Assembly: GCF_006345805.1 (NCBI RefSeq)
Contig: NC_042998.1
Span: 59,210,001-59,274,000, forward strand
Reading direction: 5' to 3'
Source: Octopus sinensis
Lineage: Eukaryota
Length of the DNA: 64,000 bases
Shown: in pieces, positions 26,376-39,267 of the stretch
How the letters are laid out: every line of letters starts with the position of its first letter
Position numbering within the stretch: position 1 is the stretch's first letter
The notes under the pieces: generated by a model
Told to the model about the DNA's origin: nothing
Databases searched by the model: none
Seen by the model: the letters and a program-made list of their open reading frames with translations, nothing else
Position numbers and translations under genes: made by a program

Positions 26376-27500
26376 CTTTTTTAATCTAAAATATACTCTC
26401 CTACATTTTCTACAATGCTCTACCATCTATCTGGTAGATTTACAATGCCGCACTTTCAAATTTCACTTGTCCGTCACAAAAAATACTCTTCCAGTACTGT
26501 TCTCACCTTATCTACAGAATTAATATTTTGCTGTACAAATGATTTTGAAGACCGAAGAATAAATGATAATCAGATTGGGCAATGTCCAGCGAATATGCTG
26601 GAGCAGTTTGTATAGGAAGCGATGCTTCCCATTCAAACTGCTCCACCCTTTGGAATACCATCCTCGTTGTATGTGACAGAGCATTATCCTGATGGATAAA
26701 CACCTTCCGTCTTGAAACACAATGTGGTCGTTTTTCTTCTAGCGTTGACTTAAGCCGCTCAAACTACTCGTAGCATATCCCCTTTGTTATCGTTTGGTTT
26801 GGGTTTAAGAAAGTTCAAAGTGGACTAAACATTTCATATCCCACTAAATGTGTGTGAGGACCTTCTTTAGCCTGGTATGCCGGTGTCTGTCCTTTACCTA
26901 CCCTCTGTCTTCTGCATTTTATATTTTTTATCGAGAACCCATTTCTCGACACCAGTCACTATTCGGTCCAATAAAGGTCCATTCGAGATGTGACAGCAAA
27001 GACCACACATCCACTCTCTCCGCACGACTAGACTGGGAAAGTTTGCGAGGACCCCACTGACTCAATTTGCTCATTTTCCCGATAGTACGCAGGTATCGAT
27101 GAATGGTTGAATGACCAAATCCAAGCTTCTCTGCTAGATCCTCAACAGTTACGATGGATTCTGTTCCACCAGGGTTTGCAGAACTACCTCGTCAAGCTCT
27201 ACAGATATTTCAGGACAAGGCTCGTCTTCTACGCTGTAGTTTCCGGTTAGGAATTTCTGGAACCACCGTTGACATTGGCTTACGCTTACTGTCCGATCCC
27301 CATATACTGCATTAATATTTCTCGAACTTTCCGTCGCGTTGTTGGCTTTATTGAACTCATAAAAGTGAATATGCCGAATATGCTCCTTTGTCACTTCCAT
27401 TATAGCTTTGAAAAATAACTGTTAAAATTGAACAGCACTGTTCAAAACTTGAACTAAGAATAATGACATGTTAAAATTATTACTTGGTTTTATAGCAAGT
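26370..27500 (-). mobile_element. Mariner transposon remnant
   Basis: N-terminal HTH (IRHIHFYEF..A....I..VYG..VS...QRWFQKF..G...EDE) at 27149-27400; catalytic-domain decay of HDNARPH and YSPDLAPSDYHLF (HQDNALSH, YSLDIAQSDYHLF) at 26512-26703. Confidence 0.9.
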
Positions 27501-27622
27501 TGATGCAGGTAGTTTATCCCGTCCACCTCCAACCTTTACCTCATACAATTGAAAACGTGCTTTATTTATGGGCTGACCCAATATATATATATACTTTGTT
27601 TTCTATCTGGTTTGCACGATGC

Positions 27623-27735
<113 letters not shown>

Positions 27736-27807
27736 GTAGGTCCCGGGTTGATTCGGGGTTAACCACAGTAAATAAGGTACTCAATACATAGTAGAGTAAA
27801 ATTAATT

Positions 27808-28989
27808 TATTATATAGAAGGAGCTTCTACAGGACTAGAACTGTTTCATTCAAGAGAAATCTTCAGGAAGCTAGTTAACAAGAATTGTATTGGCATTTAT
27901 ACATTTAGGCAGGTTTAAAGGGGTGTTGGTGGGGGACTTTTTGGGGGTAGGCATAGCGCAAAATATCATACTTGGGGGAGTGGTCAAGGAGTCAGTGTTA
28001 AATTAGATAGAAGAATAAATAAAAAAATTTAAAAATATATAAAAAAATATATAAAAATATATATAAAAAAAGGGAATAGAGTTTTAGGTAAATAAGGAGA
28101 TTCTCACTTATACCTATGCACATATGTATACATATATACACACACATACAAACATATATACATATACATACACACATACGTACACACACACATATATACA
28201 TATATATACACTTACACATACATATACATATCTACACATACACATATATGTATACATACACACACTCACATGCATACACGTATACACACATGTATATATA
28301 CACACACGACCACACATACATATACACACAGAAAAATATATATACACATACACACGCATACTATATGTCTATATGTGTATATAGGGACTAGTGTGCTGTG
28401 TGTGCATATGTGTGTGTGGATATGTGTGTGTATGCGTGTATGTGAGTATGTGTGTGTATGTGTATATATATTTTTCTGTGTGTATATGTATGTGTGGTCG
28501 TGTGTGTATATATACATGTGTGTATACGTGTATGCATGTGAGTGTGTGTATGTATACATATATGTGTATGTGTAGATATGTATATGTATGTGTAAGTGTA
28601 TATATATGTATATATGTGTGTGTGTACGTATGTGTGTATGTATATGTATATATGTTTGTATGTGTGTGTATATATGTATACATATGTGCATAGGTATAAG
28701 TGAGAATCTCCTTATTTACCTAAAACTCTATTCCCTTTTTTTATATATATTTTTATATATTTTTATATATTTTTTTAATTTTTTTATTTATTCTTCTATC
28801 TAATTTAACACTGACTCCTTGACCACTCCCCCAAGTATGATATTTTGCGCTATGCCTACCCCCAAAAAGTCCCCCACCAACACCCCTTTAAACCTGCCTA
28901 AATGTATAAATGCCAATACAATTCTTGTTAACTAGCTTCCTGAAGATTTCTCTTGAATGAAACAGTTCTAGTCCCGTAGAAGCTCCTTC

Positions 28990-28998
<9 letters not shown>
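27808..28998. repeat. Large inverted repeat: ~550-bp arms, ~85-nt spacer, including an internal CA/TA tract
   Basis: 27808-28361 is the near-exact reverse complement of 28446-28998. Each arm ends in an HHR-like core (CTGAAGA...GAAAC...GTC at 28940-28973). Confidence 0.9.
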
Positions 28999-29068
<70 letters not shown>

Positions 29069-29193
29069 TATATTTATATTTATACATGTATCTATTTACA
29101 TACATCTATATTATATGTATACATATAAATACATATGCATATAAATATATGTGTGTGTGTGTATATATATATGTCATATACACACATATATAT

Positions 29194-29225
<32 letters not shown>

Positions 29226-29366
29226 AGTAGGTGAATGAATTATCCTAGTATTGATAATTCGGTTAACCGATACCTGGGTAGAAAATTCACGTCAGAAAAC
29301 ACGGTTGAAGCTACATGCCAAGGGTAGAAACTCCGTGTTCTTGTGTGGTAATTTGTGTAATATTTA

Positions 29367-29720
29367 AAATGAATAAAAGAATGGAGTCGAACGAGGATTT
29401 TAACACAATTCCTTTCATTTCAACACATGTTTCGAAGACTGCATATTCTTAATTCTGAAGGAATAAGGTGCATTATGCCGTCTTCTCATCAGGAAAGTCA
29501 AGGAAAATCAATCAGCCTCAAGACGGACAAAAACTTTTCTATGGCTTGCTACATATTGACCATCTTGAGGCTGATTGATTTTCCTTGACTTTCCTGATGA
29601 GAAGACGGCATAATGCACCTTATTCCTTCAGAATTAAGAATATGCAGTCTTCGAAACATGTGTTGAAATTAAAGGAATTTTGTTAAAATCCTCGTTCGAC
29701 TCCATTCTTTTATTCATTTT
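29367..29720. repeat. Fold-back element: ~160-bp arms, ~33-nt spacer
   Basis: 29367-29526 is the near-exact reverse complement of 29560-29720. Confidence 0.92.
29581..29677 (+). ncRNA. Type I HHR with canonical core and long stem II (mirror copy on minus strand in the left arm)
   Basis: Stem I ttccttgactttc/gaaattaaaggaa (11 of 13 pairs); CTGATGA 29594-29600; stem II GAAGAC/GTCTTC plus gcata/tatgc; GAAA 29653-29656; C-ATGT-G stem III; GUU 29662-29664. Confidence 0.8.
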
Positions 29721-29743
29721 TTATATATATATATAAAGATATA

Positions 29744-30170
29744 TACGAGAGGTACCCAAAAGAAACCAGAGTTTTGCAATATTATTTTATTCACTTAGTT
29801 TTATTTACACTTTCAGCTTATTCAAAATATTCTTCATTTGAAGCAATACATCAGTCAAGGCGCGTTTTCCACTATTCAAAGCAGTGCTGGAACGCTTTCG
29901 ATGTGATCCCGTTTAACGCCTCCGTCGCTTTTCTTCACTTCTTCCACATCTGCAAATTCTGTAGCATCAGCTTTGTTACCACTTCGAAAAGACCGTCGAA
30001 AAGAATTTTCGGATCAACTTCCAACTGTTCTTTCAGTTGACGATACTCATTCAACCGTGACGGCTTTTAATCTTCCGTGAGCAAGCGTGGCACAAATATT
30101 GTAGTGACTATTTTTTTATTCGCAATTCCTCGCTCAAAAATCGTTCGCAGCAGCCACAGGATACACCATT
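29744..30170 (-). mobile_element. Internally deleted mariner remnant
   Basis: TIR-like tacgagaggtacccaaaa at 29744; minus-strand C-terminal peptide ALNGITSKAFQHCFE*WKTRL..CIASNEEYFE*. Confidence 0.7.
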
Positions 30171-30384
30171 CGTTAGTAAGGAGAGACACACAAATAAGAA
30201 AGAGGAAAGCAAACGACCACTGATGAGGTAACAGGGATGTGACGAAAGAACTCTGGCTAAAATAAGATTAAGATTAATGTAACAGATATATAACGCTGAA
30301 GGAAAGTAACATAAAATATATAGTGCGTGTGTTTTTATTGACTAAACTGGCAAAATGACCATTCCTAAATACAATAATATATAT

Positions 30385-30590
30385 ATACTTTATTTAAATC
30401 AGCAGAAAATTCAACAAAACCTGTTACTCTGAGTTTCCCGTTGCCGTTCATCGGACAGATTTTGCTAGAATGGAACCGATATGTCAATTCTATCCAGACT
30501 ATTACAAACGCTACACATTTAAAAATGAACTTGTTTGATTGGCCCTTTAGAAAAAACGGTCAATTTTCGAGCGATAAACAAAAATGAGCT

Positions 30591-30650
<60 letters not shown>

Positions 30651-33600
30651 AATTATAAAAATTATAAAGTTCGAGGTTAAACATTACATTGAATAAAATA
30701 CATATTGACCTTAATGAAGGAAATATAATTAATACATGGAAATTGAAATTAAAATGTTAAAATGCATTAAAATATTATACGGCAGTACATATTCATATTA
30801 AAGTATACATATATATCAACATACACAGATATATGCGAGCAAACCACATACATATACAGACGTATAAATATAAAGCTAAAATACACACACAAATGCATGT
30901 ATACATATGTATACGCAATCTAGATCGCACGCAAGCTAAAATCATGGATGGGGAAGTAGCGTTCTTATTTACGAAGCAAAGTTTAGGACATGAGTAAGGG
31001 AGGGGGTACGTAAAGTTGCATGACTCTATACAAGTATCGTATAGGTAGAGAAAAAAAACGAAAGAACGGAAGAGGGAGAAAAAAGAAAAACGGGGATGGA
31101 AAAAAAGAAGTAAAAAGGAGGGATGGGGAAAAACGAAATAAGAAAAATTATGTATACAAGCTGTGTAACCACGTATATTGACACACATATATATAGAGAG
31201 ACAAGTACACAAACACACAAGTTCAAGTGGATACATACACATACAGTCGTGTATGCGTGTGCTTAAGTACAAACATACGCTCACTTACACATACACAGAG
31301 ACGTATGCTTACAAATACATATTCGTGGCTATACACGTATTTACATCAAAATTCTAATTTTTGACAACATTGCTTTTAAAAAATGTTGAGTGTAATAATG
31401 AAAATTATACGAAAGACATGTAAAATATAACACCCTATTTCGGATCATCTATAAATTAAAAATCAAAGTAAGCCTATACAATATAATAACATGAAATAAA
31501 CTAGGCCGAAGGTTTTTCCTAAGGAATATGTAGAAATATAAACAAAATTAACAAAATATATGCATGAGACTTTGCTATACGGAATGAAATCTGCATAGCG
31601 CGAAACAAATCCATTGTTGCGTCTACATATTAGTCCAAAAATCAAAATCAAAATTTCAAAAATCAAAAATACAAAAAGATAAAATATATACTCTATCCAT
31701 ATGGTATATTTATGTTTGACATTTTAAATTTAGTTGCGTGCCTGCATAAGTTCATAAGCTCACTTCTTTGATTCAAAGAATTATTGTCTTTGAATAAAAT
31801 ATAAAGTTTCTCTCACAGGCAAAGATTGCATTTAAAATTATTCTTGTGTGTTCCATGTTTGTATGGTGCCGCTCTGTCCAGAATGCTCCATGTCACGTTG
31901 AAAGGTGGGGTTTCCTTTTCTTTTAGTTCCCAGACATATTTTGCTAGGCTGGTCCTCTTCCTATTCTCTGGGTATCTAAATGAATTTTTATGCGAATAAA
32001 ATCGCGTTTTAAACGAATTTTCTGAAGCCCTGTATATGTCTTGTATTCCGATGCGCCTTCTATTTGTACCTTGGCTCTATAAACTACCCCTTTTACGAGA
32101 CATTTCCCTTCCAACGGACAGGAGGATTCATTTTTGAAATTGCATTTCTTAATGGGCTCGGCACCATGTTTAATATCAATCAGATTCCTATTATGCTGGC
32201 TAATGTAAGAGGCGAAATTTCTGCAACAAGAATAACTAACTTTCAGGGTTCTTCTATTAAATATCCTATAGAATTTATGGTCCTGCTTAAAATGCCTAGA
32301 GACTAATTTTAAAAATTCCCTACCTATATTAGTCTTACGGCCAAATTGAAAGCCGGGTTGAACCACAAAAATTTTCTGCTCCTAGTTCTTAGCGCAGCAT
32401 TATTATCAGCATTAAGCTGGTTGTACTGGATCTTCTCAGAGAATCCACTATTCCTTAATGCGCTATCGTAATAAGGAGCAGCATTATGGAATGCTGCCTC
32501 GTCCGAAGAAATTGAAGATATTCTTCTACTTACATTGCTGACTAAGTTCCTAAGGACAACTGGCGGATGGTTCGAATCTTTGCTAATATACGATAGCTTG
32601 TCATTGGGCTTACGGTAAGGTTTAAATCTATCCGACCTTACATTAAAATTTACGTCTAAAATATCTACACTTTCATGTCAGTATCTACTGTAACCCGTAA
32701 GCCCATCCTTTGAAAGAAAGCAATAAGGTCCTTCCTAAGTCTATCTGATTCATGGCCGTTTAAATTATGGGTGGCTATAAGGCCGTCATCCCTATATAAA
32801 CCTGCATCTATAAATAGGAATTCTATTTTTAGATAAAGGCTCCTATAAGCATACATAACACAGCCCCGTCGAAAAGAGAATCCTCACTCTTCTTAATCCA
32901 GGTGGAATCCTCGAAGAAAAGAAGTGATTACCTCGCATGCATGATAATATCAATTTCCGAGCTATCGATGCCGATATACTGCTTGGCGAAGTCCAATGCC
33001 CTTAGGAGTAACGTCCTAGATATTGACGGGTAATAATATCGAATTGTGTAAAACTGCAATTATTCTTATAGCTAATACCTTTAAACCACTCTATGACTGA
33101 CTTACTATTCTTCCAAATTCACAAGTCTACTTCACTATCTAACTTAGTTAAAATACGGTCCAAAATATTTTTGCTAATAATGCCTATCTCAGTTTTAGCC
33201 GGATTTATCAATCTACATTTGGGGTTTCTATTAAAATTGGCTTTATGGTCTTTTAGTGTAATAAAAGCTGGTCGTGGGGAAAGATATTCAATCCTATTAC
33301 TAATCTTAAGATTGTTAGCTATTCCTCTTGCTTCCAAATTCACCTCTTTGTATATATTTGTGTTATCTTTTTTGTATGTATCTGTGACACTATTCAAAAT
33401 CAGGCGCTTATAAACGTCCTTCAGAATTAACGAAGATCTTATTCGAGTTGTTAATCTCCTTAATTTTTTCCTTAATTTTATGTATGTGATTTGCACGCAT
33501 ATATCTGTGTATGTTGATATTTATGTATACTTTAATATGAATATATACTGCCGTATAATATTTTAGTGCATTTTAACATTTTAATTTCAATTTCCATGTA

Positions 33601-33702
33601 TTAATTATATTTCCTTCATTAAGGTCAATATATATTTTATTCAATGTAAGGATTTTCCTCGAATTTTATAATTTTTATAATTTATATATATATATATAAT
33701 AT

Positions 33703-33736
<34 letters not shown>

Positions 33737-33947
33737 ATTTGAGCTCATTTTTGTTTATCGCTCGAAAATTGACCGTTATTTCTAAAGGGCCAATCAAACA
33801 AGTTCATTTTTAAAGGTGTAGCGTTTGTAATAGTCTGGATAGAATTGACATATCGGTTCCATTCTAGCAAAAACTGTCCGATGAACGGCAACGGGAAACT
33901 CAGAGTAACAGGTTTTGTTGAATTTTCTGCTGCTTTAAATAAAGCAT
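30385..33947 (-). mobile_element. 5'-truncated Penelope-like element, YRDDG type (probably Hydra clade), with an inverted pseudo-LTR copy at its 5' end
   Basis: Fragmented RT: AFITLKDHKANF..PKCRLINPAKTEIG (33119-33496), GLYRDDGL (32665-32856) and KTNIGREFL..FNRRTLKVSYSC. GIY-YIG: GVVYRA..YTG and WSILDRA..CNLCL..RSELMNLCRH (to ~31710). 30385-30840 is the inverted homologue of 33495-33947. Confidence 0.88.
33870..33916 (+). ncRNA. Type I HHR motif with U4C variant (second copy on minus strand at ~30417-30462)
   Basis: Stem I ctgt/acag extended by aaaa/tttt; core CCGATGA 33878-33884; short stem II cg-GCAA-cg; GAAA 33895-33898; stem III ACTC-A-GAGT; GUA 33905-33907. Confidence 0.6.
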
Positions 33948-34619
33948 ATTACTCTTCCACTGGTATTTGAGTACTCTTTTTTCCACCTTGTTTCAAATTT
34001 ATGTGTTTACTCCGGTATATATATATGTATAAAGAAATAAATGGGATAATTATGCCCTTATGCAGCACAACTAAAAAACGCACTAATAGAGCCTCAGGAA
34101 TATAAAACCAAAGAACGAGAGAAGAAATTTGAAAGTTCAGTGTTCATATTCACTCAATATATCTCAAAGTGTCTTAAATTCTCATGTTGCTTAAAACTTT
34201 AAGATTTTAAACCACTCTTTTATAAATCCTTTAGATCAACTCTAATGAGAGAAATATAGATGATTGTTATGATTAGAATTAATTCGTCTGTACGAACATA
34301 CATCTTCTCAGACTTTGCACCTGCTCAAGATTCCTGTTAAAATTGTTTTACACCAACTTTGTCATCTATTTAGATTACCACTATACATTCACCATCTGCA
34401 TATTTTAATATCCTCATTGATGTTAAAACGGACATACAACCTCGCAAGCACATTTATGTATTTTTACATATTCATATATTTCTAATTTTTTATATGTAGT
34501 GTATATGATGCACCTATGTATGCTGTGGAGTATTTCGAAGCTTTCATTATATTGAGTGAATATGAATATGAATACTGATCTTGAAATTTGTTCTCTCGTT
34601 CTTGGTTATATATATATGT

Positions 34620-34666
<47 letters not shown>

Positions 34667-36563
34667 ATATATATATACATATATATATATATATACATAC
34701 ATATATATATATATACACATATATATATGTATATGTATGTATGTATATATATATATATATAAATTATATAAATGCAATTCTCTCTCCGTTTGTGTGATTG
34801 TGTATGGAGTGATTAATTAAAACACGCAGGTATTACACGAAGACACAGACACACACATATACAGATGCACACATAAACTCACATACAATCACTGATATCG
34901 TGTATATGTCTGTGTATCTGTGTGGAATAGCATATGAGTAAATGTTTAAGCTTGAAATGATTTATTTACATTGCTGAAACGAGAAAAATAATTACTTTTA
35001 CGAATGAAACAGTAAAAATGTTGAAAATTATGAGAGATAACAATGAAACATAGTTTGAATGCTCTCACTTAAATTCCCATAGGACTACTACGAAAAATTA
35101 ATATCAATCAGAAAAGTTAATTTCCCTTTAAACTATATCTATTGACATTTATATAACTATATATATTTTTTTAATTCTGTGTCTTTAGAAAAGTGTAGGA
35201 GTTATTGGCAAAATAGTTTCTAACGAAATTTCTTAAAGATGAGGTGTAAGTCCGATATATCATAGTGCTGGGCTGCTTGAGGTATATGGTGAGATTAAAG
35301 GTTATATAAAATATATAGAAATAATGGGTTATATATATGTACAGATGAGAATGCGTGTCTGTGTGTGTCTCTGCGTGAATCTCTAGGACACGAGAACTAT
35401 ACAACCGATTTCATTCAAATTTTACACATGACTTACTTAAAGTCCATGCAGTGTCATGGGCTCTAAAGCTTTTCAGCTTCTTGCCTAATGTGAGCCCAGA
35501 GGAATCTCTTATCTCTTAGACTATTACAGTATTACGTCTCTATTGTAATGTGAGCTAATACTTTCAGTTTGAAAGAAGTCTGTCCTATATATATATATAG
35601 GTATAAGTAAGTATTTCATTTATTTCTTTGCCGCATTTATCACTGAGACAAAGAGAAGGTTCTTATGAATTAATTCTGAAATCGGGTCCGATATGGTAAT
35701 AACAGAATTTTATAGAAATTTCTGCCGGCTTTCTTCGAGACGCGTGTTTATAGTGATGAATTATATGGTTATTGACGATATGTCTATTTTCGGCATATTG
35801 GCATTAGAAAGTTTTTTTCTTTTGCCCTTGTTTATAAGTTATATATATATATATATATGTATAAGGGTGAAAAGGAACACACGAGTTGATATATATGAAA
35901 AAACAAGTAAAAAATAGAAAATGCTAAAGTAATTTTATAGTGAACATTTCAGTACCGGTTTCGGTCATTTTGAGACCTTTTCAACTGTAACGATTAAATA
36001 ATTAAATTTAGAAAAATTAGAAGAAAAGTTTTTTTAAAAGAATATTTCTATAGTAGTGTTCAGATTTAAGTGGCATTCTGCCTTTCTCTGACTCCCTTGT
36101 TTGCACTTGTGTGTTCGAGGTAGTTGTGAGCTCTTGGTAGGGTAGTAGAGAGAAGGCTGGTGAGGAAAGGGGGGTGGGAGAATCTGGGAGTGCCCTGATG
36201 GTCGTATTTTGAATGGTCAGTGGCGGCTGGCAGTCTCAGTTCAATTCAGGAGAATATTTATATTGACAGGCTTCTTTATAGAATTAGCGTAGGTGTTATA
36301 CTAAAAAACATTAGTGACAAACTTAAGGGGTAGGGGGTGGAGAAGAAGAAGAAGAAGAAGAAGAAGAAGAAGAAGAAGAAGAAGGAGAAGGAGAAGGAGA
36401 AGATGACGATGATGGTGATGGTGGTGATGATGGTGGCGATGATGATGATGCCGATGATGATGATAACGATGATGATGAAGAAGAAGAAGAAGGAGAAGGA
36501 GAAGATGGTGGTGATGATGGTGGCGATGATGATGATGCCGATGATGATGATAACGATGATGAT

Positions 36564-36596
<33 letters not shown>

Positions 36597-36791
36597 AAAA
36601 CAGAGAAGGGAGAATATGAATGGGTGTAAATATAGCTATGAAGGGGCTGATTAGTAATGGATTCTATTGAGTGTAGTATTTGTGTGTGTATATATATTTT
36701 TTCTTTTATTCTAAAGTTGAGGTATATTAATTGTTTGTCGTAGACCCGTTAAGAAGTGGCTTGTATTTTGTAATAAAGAGATTTTCTTTAC

Positions 36792-38229
36792 TTATTCGTT
36801 GTCTCGAGGTGTATCGTCCCTAAATTGGTAGAGGGGGAAAATTCTGAAGTTTGGTGTTTTTTTGTTGGCGCAAGTATCTATGTGTTGGCTAAAAGCTATT
36901 TTTCTGTTTTGGGGAATTTTTATCTGGGATCTGTGCAGGGCCATTCGTTTACGCAAACCATTTTTTGTTTGGCCTATGTACTGCTCTTGACACCCGGAGC
37001 AGGTTAGTGAGTATATTAGGTTCTCCGAAGCACATGTGAAGTTGCTTTTCACTGTAAAACGTTGTCCCTGTTTGAAGGAGAACTCAGAACCCTCGATTAG
37101 ATAGTCGCATATCCCGCAATTGGGTCTTCCACATTTTTTTACTGTCGGCTTCTGTGTTGAAGAGTGAATTCGGGCTTGTGTAAGGAGACTTTTCATGGAT
37201 CTAGGCTGTCTTTTGCTTTTTATGATCGTGTGTGTTTGGAGGATTGTGTTCATTCTGTGGTCTTTTTTTAGGAGGGGTATGTTGTGGAGGATGGTGTCGA
37301 AGGCTTCGTTATTGAGAGGGTTGTGTGTGGAGATGTATGGTAAGGCTTTTGGTTGTAAGTTTTTCTTTGATTTGGGATGTCTCAGTTCCTTGATGTTAAG
37401 TTGAAGGGCACGTTGAATGCATTTGTCAATAAGTGAAGGTGGATAGTTCCTGGTGATTAGGGTATCTTTTAGTTCTTGTAGTCGTGTGTCTCTGGTGTTT
37501 GCGTTAGAGACTATAGTGCATATCCTTTTTGCTAGATTGAAGGGGATATTCATCCTGGTGTGTCTGGGGTGGCATGAATTGAATGGAAGATATTGCTTAG
37601 AGTCTGTAGGCTTATAGTATATGTCTGTTTCTATTATATTATTAGCTTTCTTAATGAGGATATCGAGGAAGGGGAGTTGTTGTTGGCTATATTCCATCGT
37701 GAATTGGATGTTTACGTCCAGTCCGTTTAAAATTTTCTGGAATTCTATGAGTTTTTCTATATTTTTATGCCAAAGGATGAAACAGTCATCTAGATATCTC
37801 TTCCAGTTGTTTTCTATGTAGATGGAGAAAGGGCTGCCATATCTTTCTAGAACCTTACGATACAGACTGATCTCTAGGTATCCTATGACTAGGTTGGCAA
37901 AGGAGGGGGCCATTCGTGTACCCATCGCAGTCCCCGATTTTTGTCGGTAGAAGTTGTCATTGAAGGCGAAGAAGTTATTTTCCAGGATGAATTTAACCCC
38001 TTCTATCACAAATTCTTTTTTGATGCGGTGTGGTAGTTCGTTGGCGTGATTCTCTAGCCAGAATTGGATTGCCTCTAGTCCTAGGTTGTGGGGGATATTG
38101 GAGTAGAGGTTGACTACATCGAAGGATACCAGTATGGTGTTTTTGTTTATAGTATTCGGTAGGTGATTGAGCATATCTAAGTCGTCCCTTATATAGCTTT
38201 TGACATGTTTGAGGAGTGGTTTTAACAGG
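36792..38229 (-). pseudogene. Inverted partial PLE RT-GIY-YIG ORF
   Basis: 488-aa ORF nearly identical to 41289-42791; 5'-truncated at the inversion junction; a 1-bp deletion near 36810 gives DDTPRDNE*. Confidence 0.92.
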
Positions 38230-39103
38230 AGATACTTGCGCCAACAAAAAAACACCAAACTTCAGAATTTTCCCCCTCTACCAATTTAGGGACGATACAA
38301 CCTCGAGACAACGAATAAGTAAAGAAAATCTCTTTATTACAAAATACAAGCCACTTCTTAACGGGTCTACGACAAACAATTAATATACCTCAACTTTAGA
38401 ATAAAAGAAAAAAATATATATACACACACAAATACTACACTCAATAGAATCCATTACTAATCAGCCCCTTCATAGCTATATTTACACCCATTCATATTCT
38501 CCCTTCTCTGTTTTTTCTTCTTCTTCTTCTTCCTCTTCTTCTTCATCATCATCGTTATCATCATCATCGGCATCATCATCATCGCCACCATCATCACCAC
38601 CATCTTCTCCTTCTCCTCCTTCTTCTTCTTCTTCTTCTTCTTCATCATCATCGTTATCATCATCATCGTCGTCATAATCATCACCACCATCACCATCATC
38701 GTCATCTTCTCCTTCTCCTTCTCCTTCTTCTTCTTCTTCTTCTTCTTCTTCTTCTCCACCCCCTACCCCTTAAGTTTGTCACTAATGTTTTTTAGTATAA
38801 CACCTACGCTAATTCTATAAAGAAGCCTGTCAATATAAATATTCTCCTGAATTGAACTGAGACTGCCAGCCGCCACTGACCATTCAAAATACGACCATCA
38901 GGGCACTCCCAGATTCTCCCACCCCCCTTTCCTCACCAGCCTTCTCTCTACTACCCTACCAAGAGCTCACAACTACCTCGAACACACAAGTGCAAACAAG
39001 GGAGTCAGAGAAAGGCAGAATGCCACTTAAATCTGAACACTACTATAGAAATATTCTTTTAAAAAAACTTTTCTTCTAATTTTTCTAAATTTAATTATTT
39101 AAT

Positions 39104-39151
39104 CGTTACAGTTGAAAAGGTCTCAAAATGACCGAAACCGGTACTGAAATG
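39104..39151 (+). ncRNA. Pseudo-LTR HHR, U3-A8 variant (identical copies at 43506-43553 + and 35945-35992 -)
   Basis: cgttacag-TTGAAAA-GGTC tcaaaat GACC-GAAA-CCGG-TA-ctgaaatg: stem I 7 of 8 pairs, stem II 4 bp, ACCGGT palindrome, GUA site. Confidence 0.8.
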
Positions 39152-39267
39152 TTCACTATAAAATTATTTTAGCATTTTCTATTTTTTACTTGTTTTTTCA
39201 TATATATCAACTCGTGTGTTCCTTTTCACCCTTATACATATCATTAACCCACACGAGATACAGAAAA

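Noticed and set aside
30219-30255. CTGATGA-ggtaac..gtgac-GAAA
   Set aside because: No stem III, NUH site or stem I downstream.
36337-36654. Poly-K/M ORFs (also 38457-38759 and 42849-43184)
   Set aside because: Antisense translations of the trinucleotide block in the PLE pseudo-LTR.
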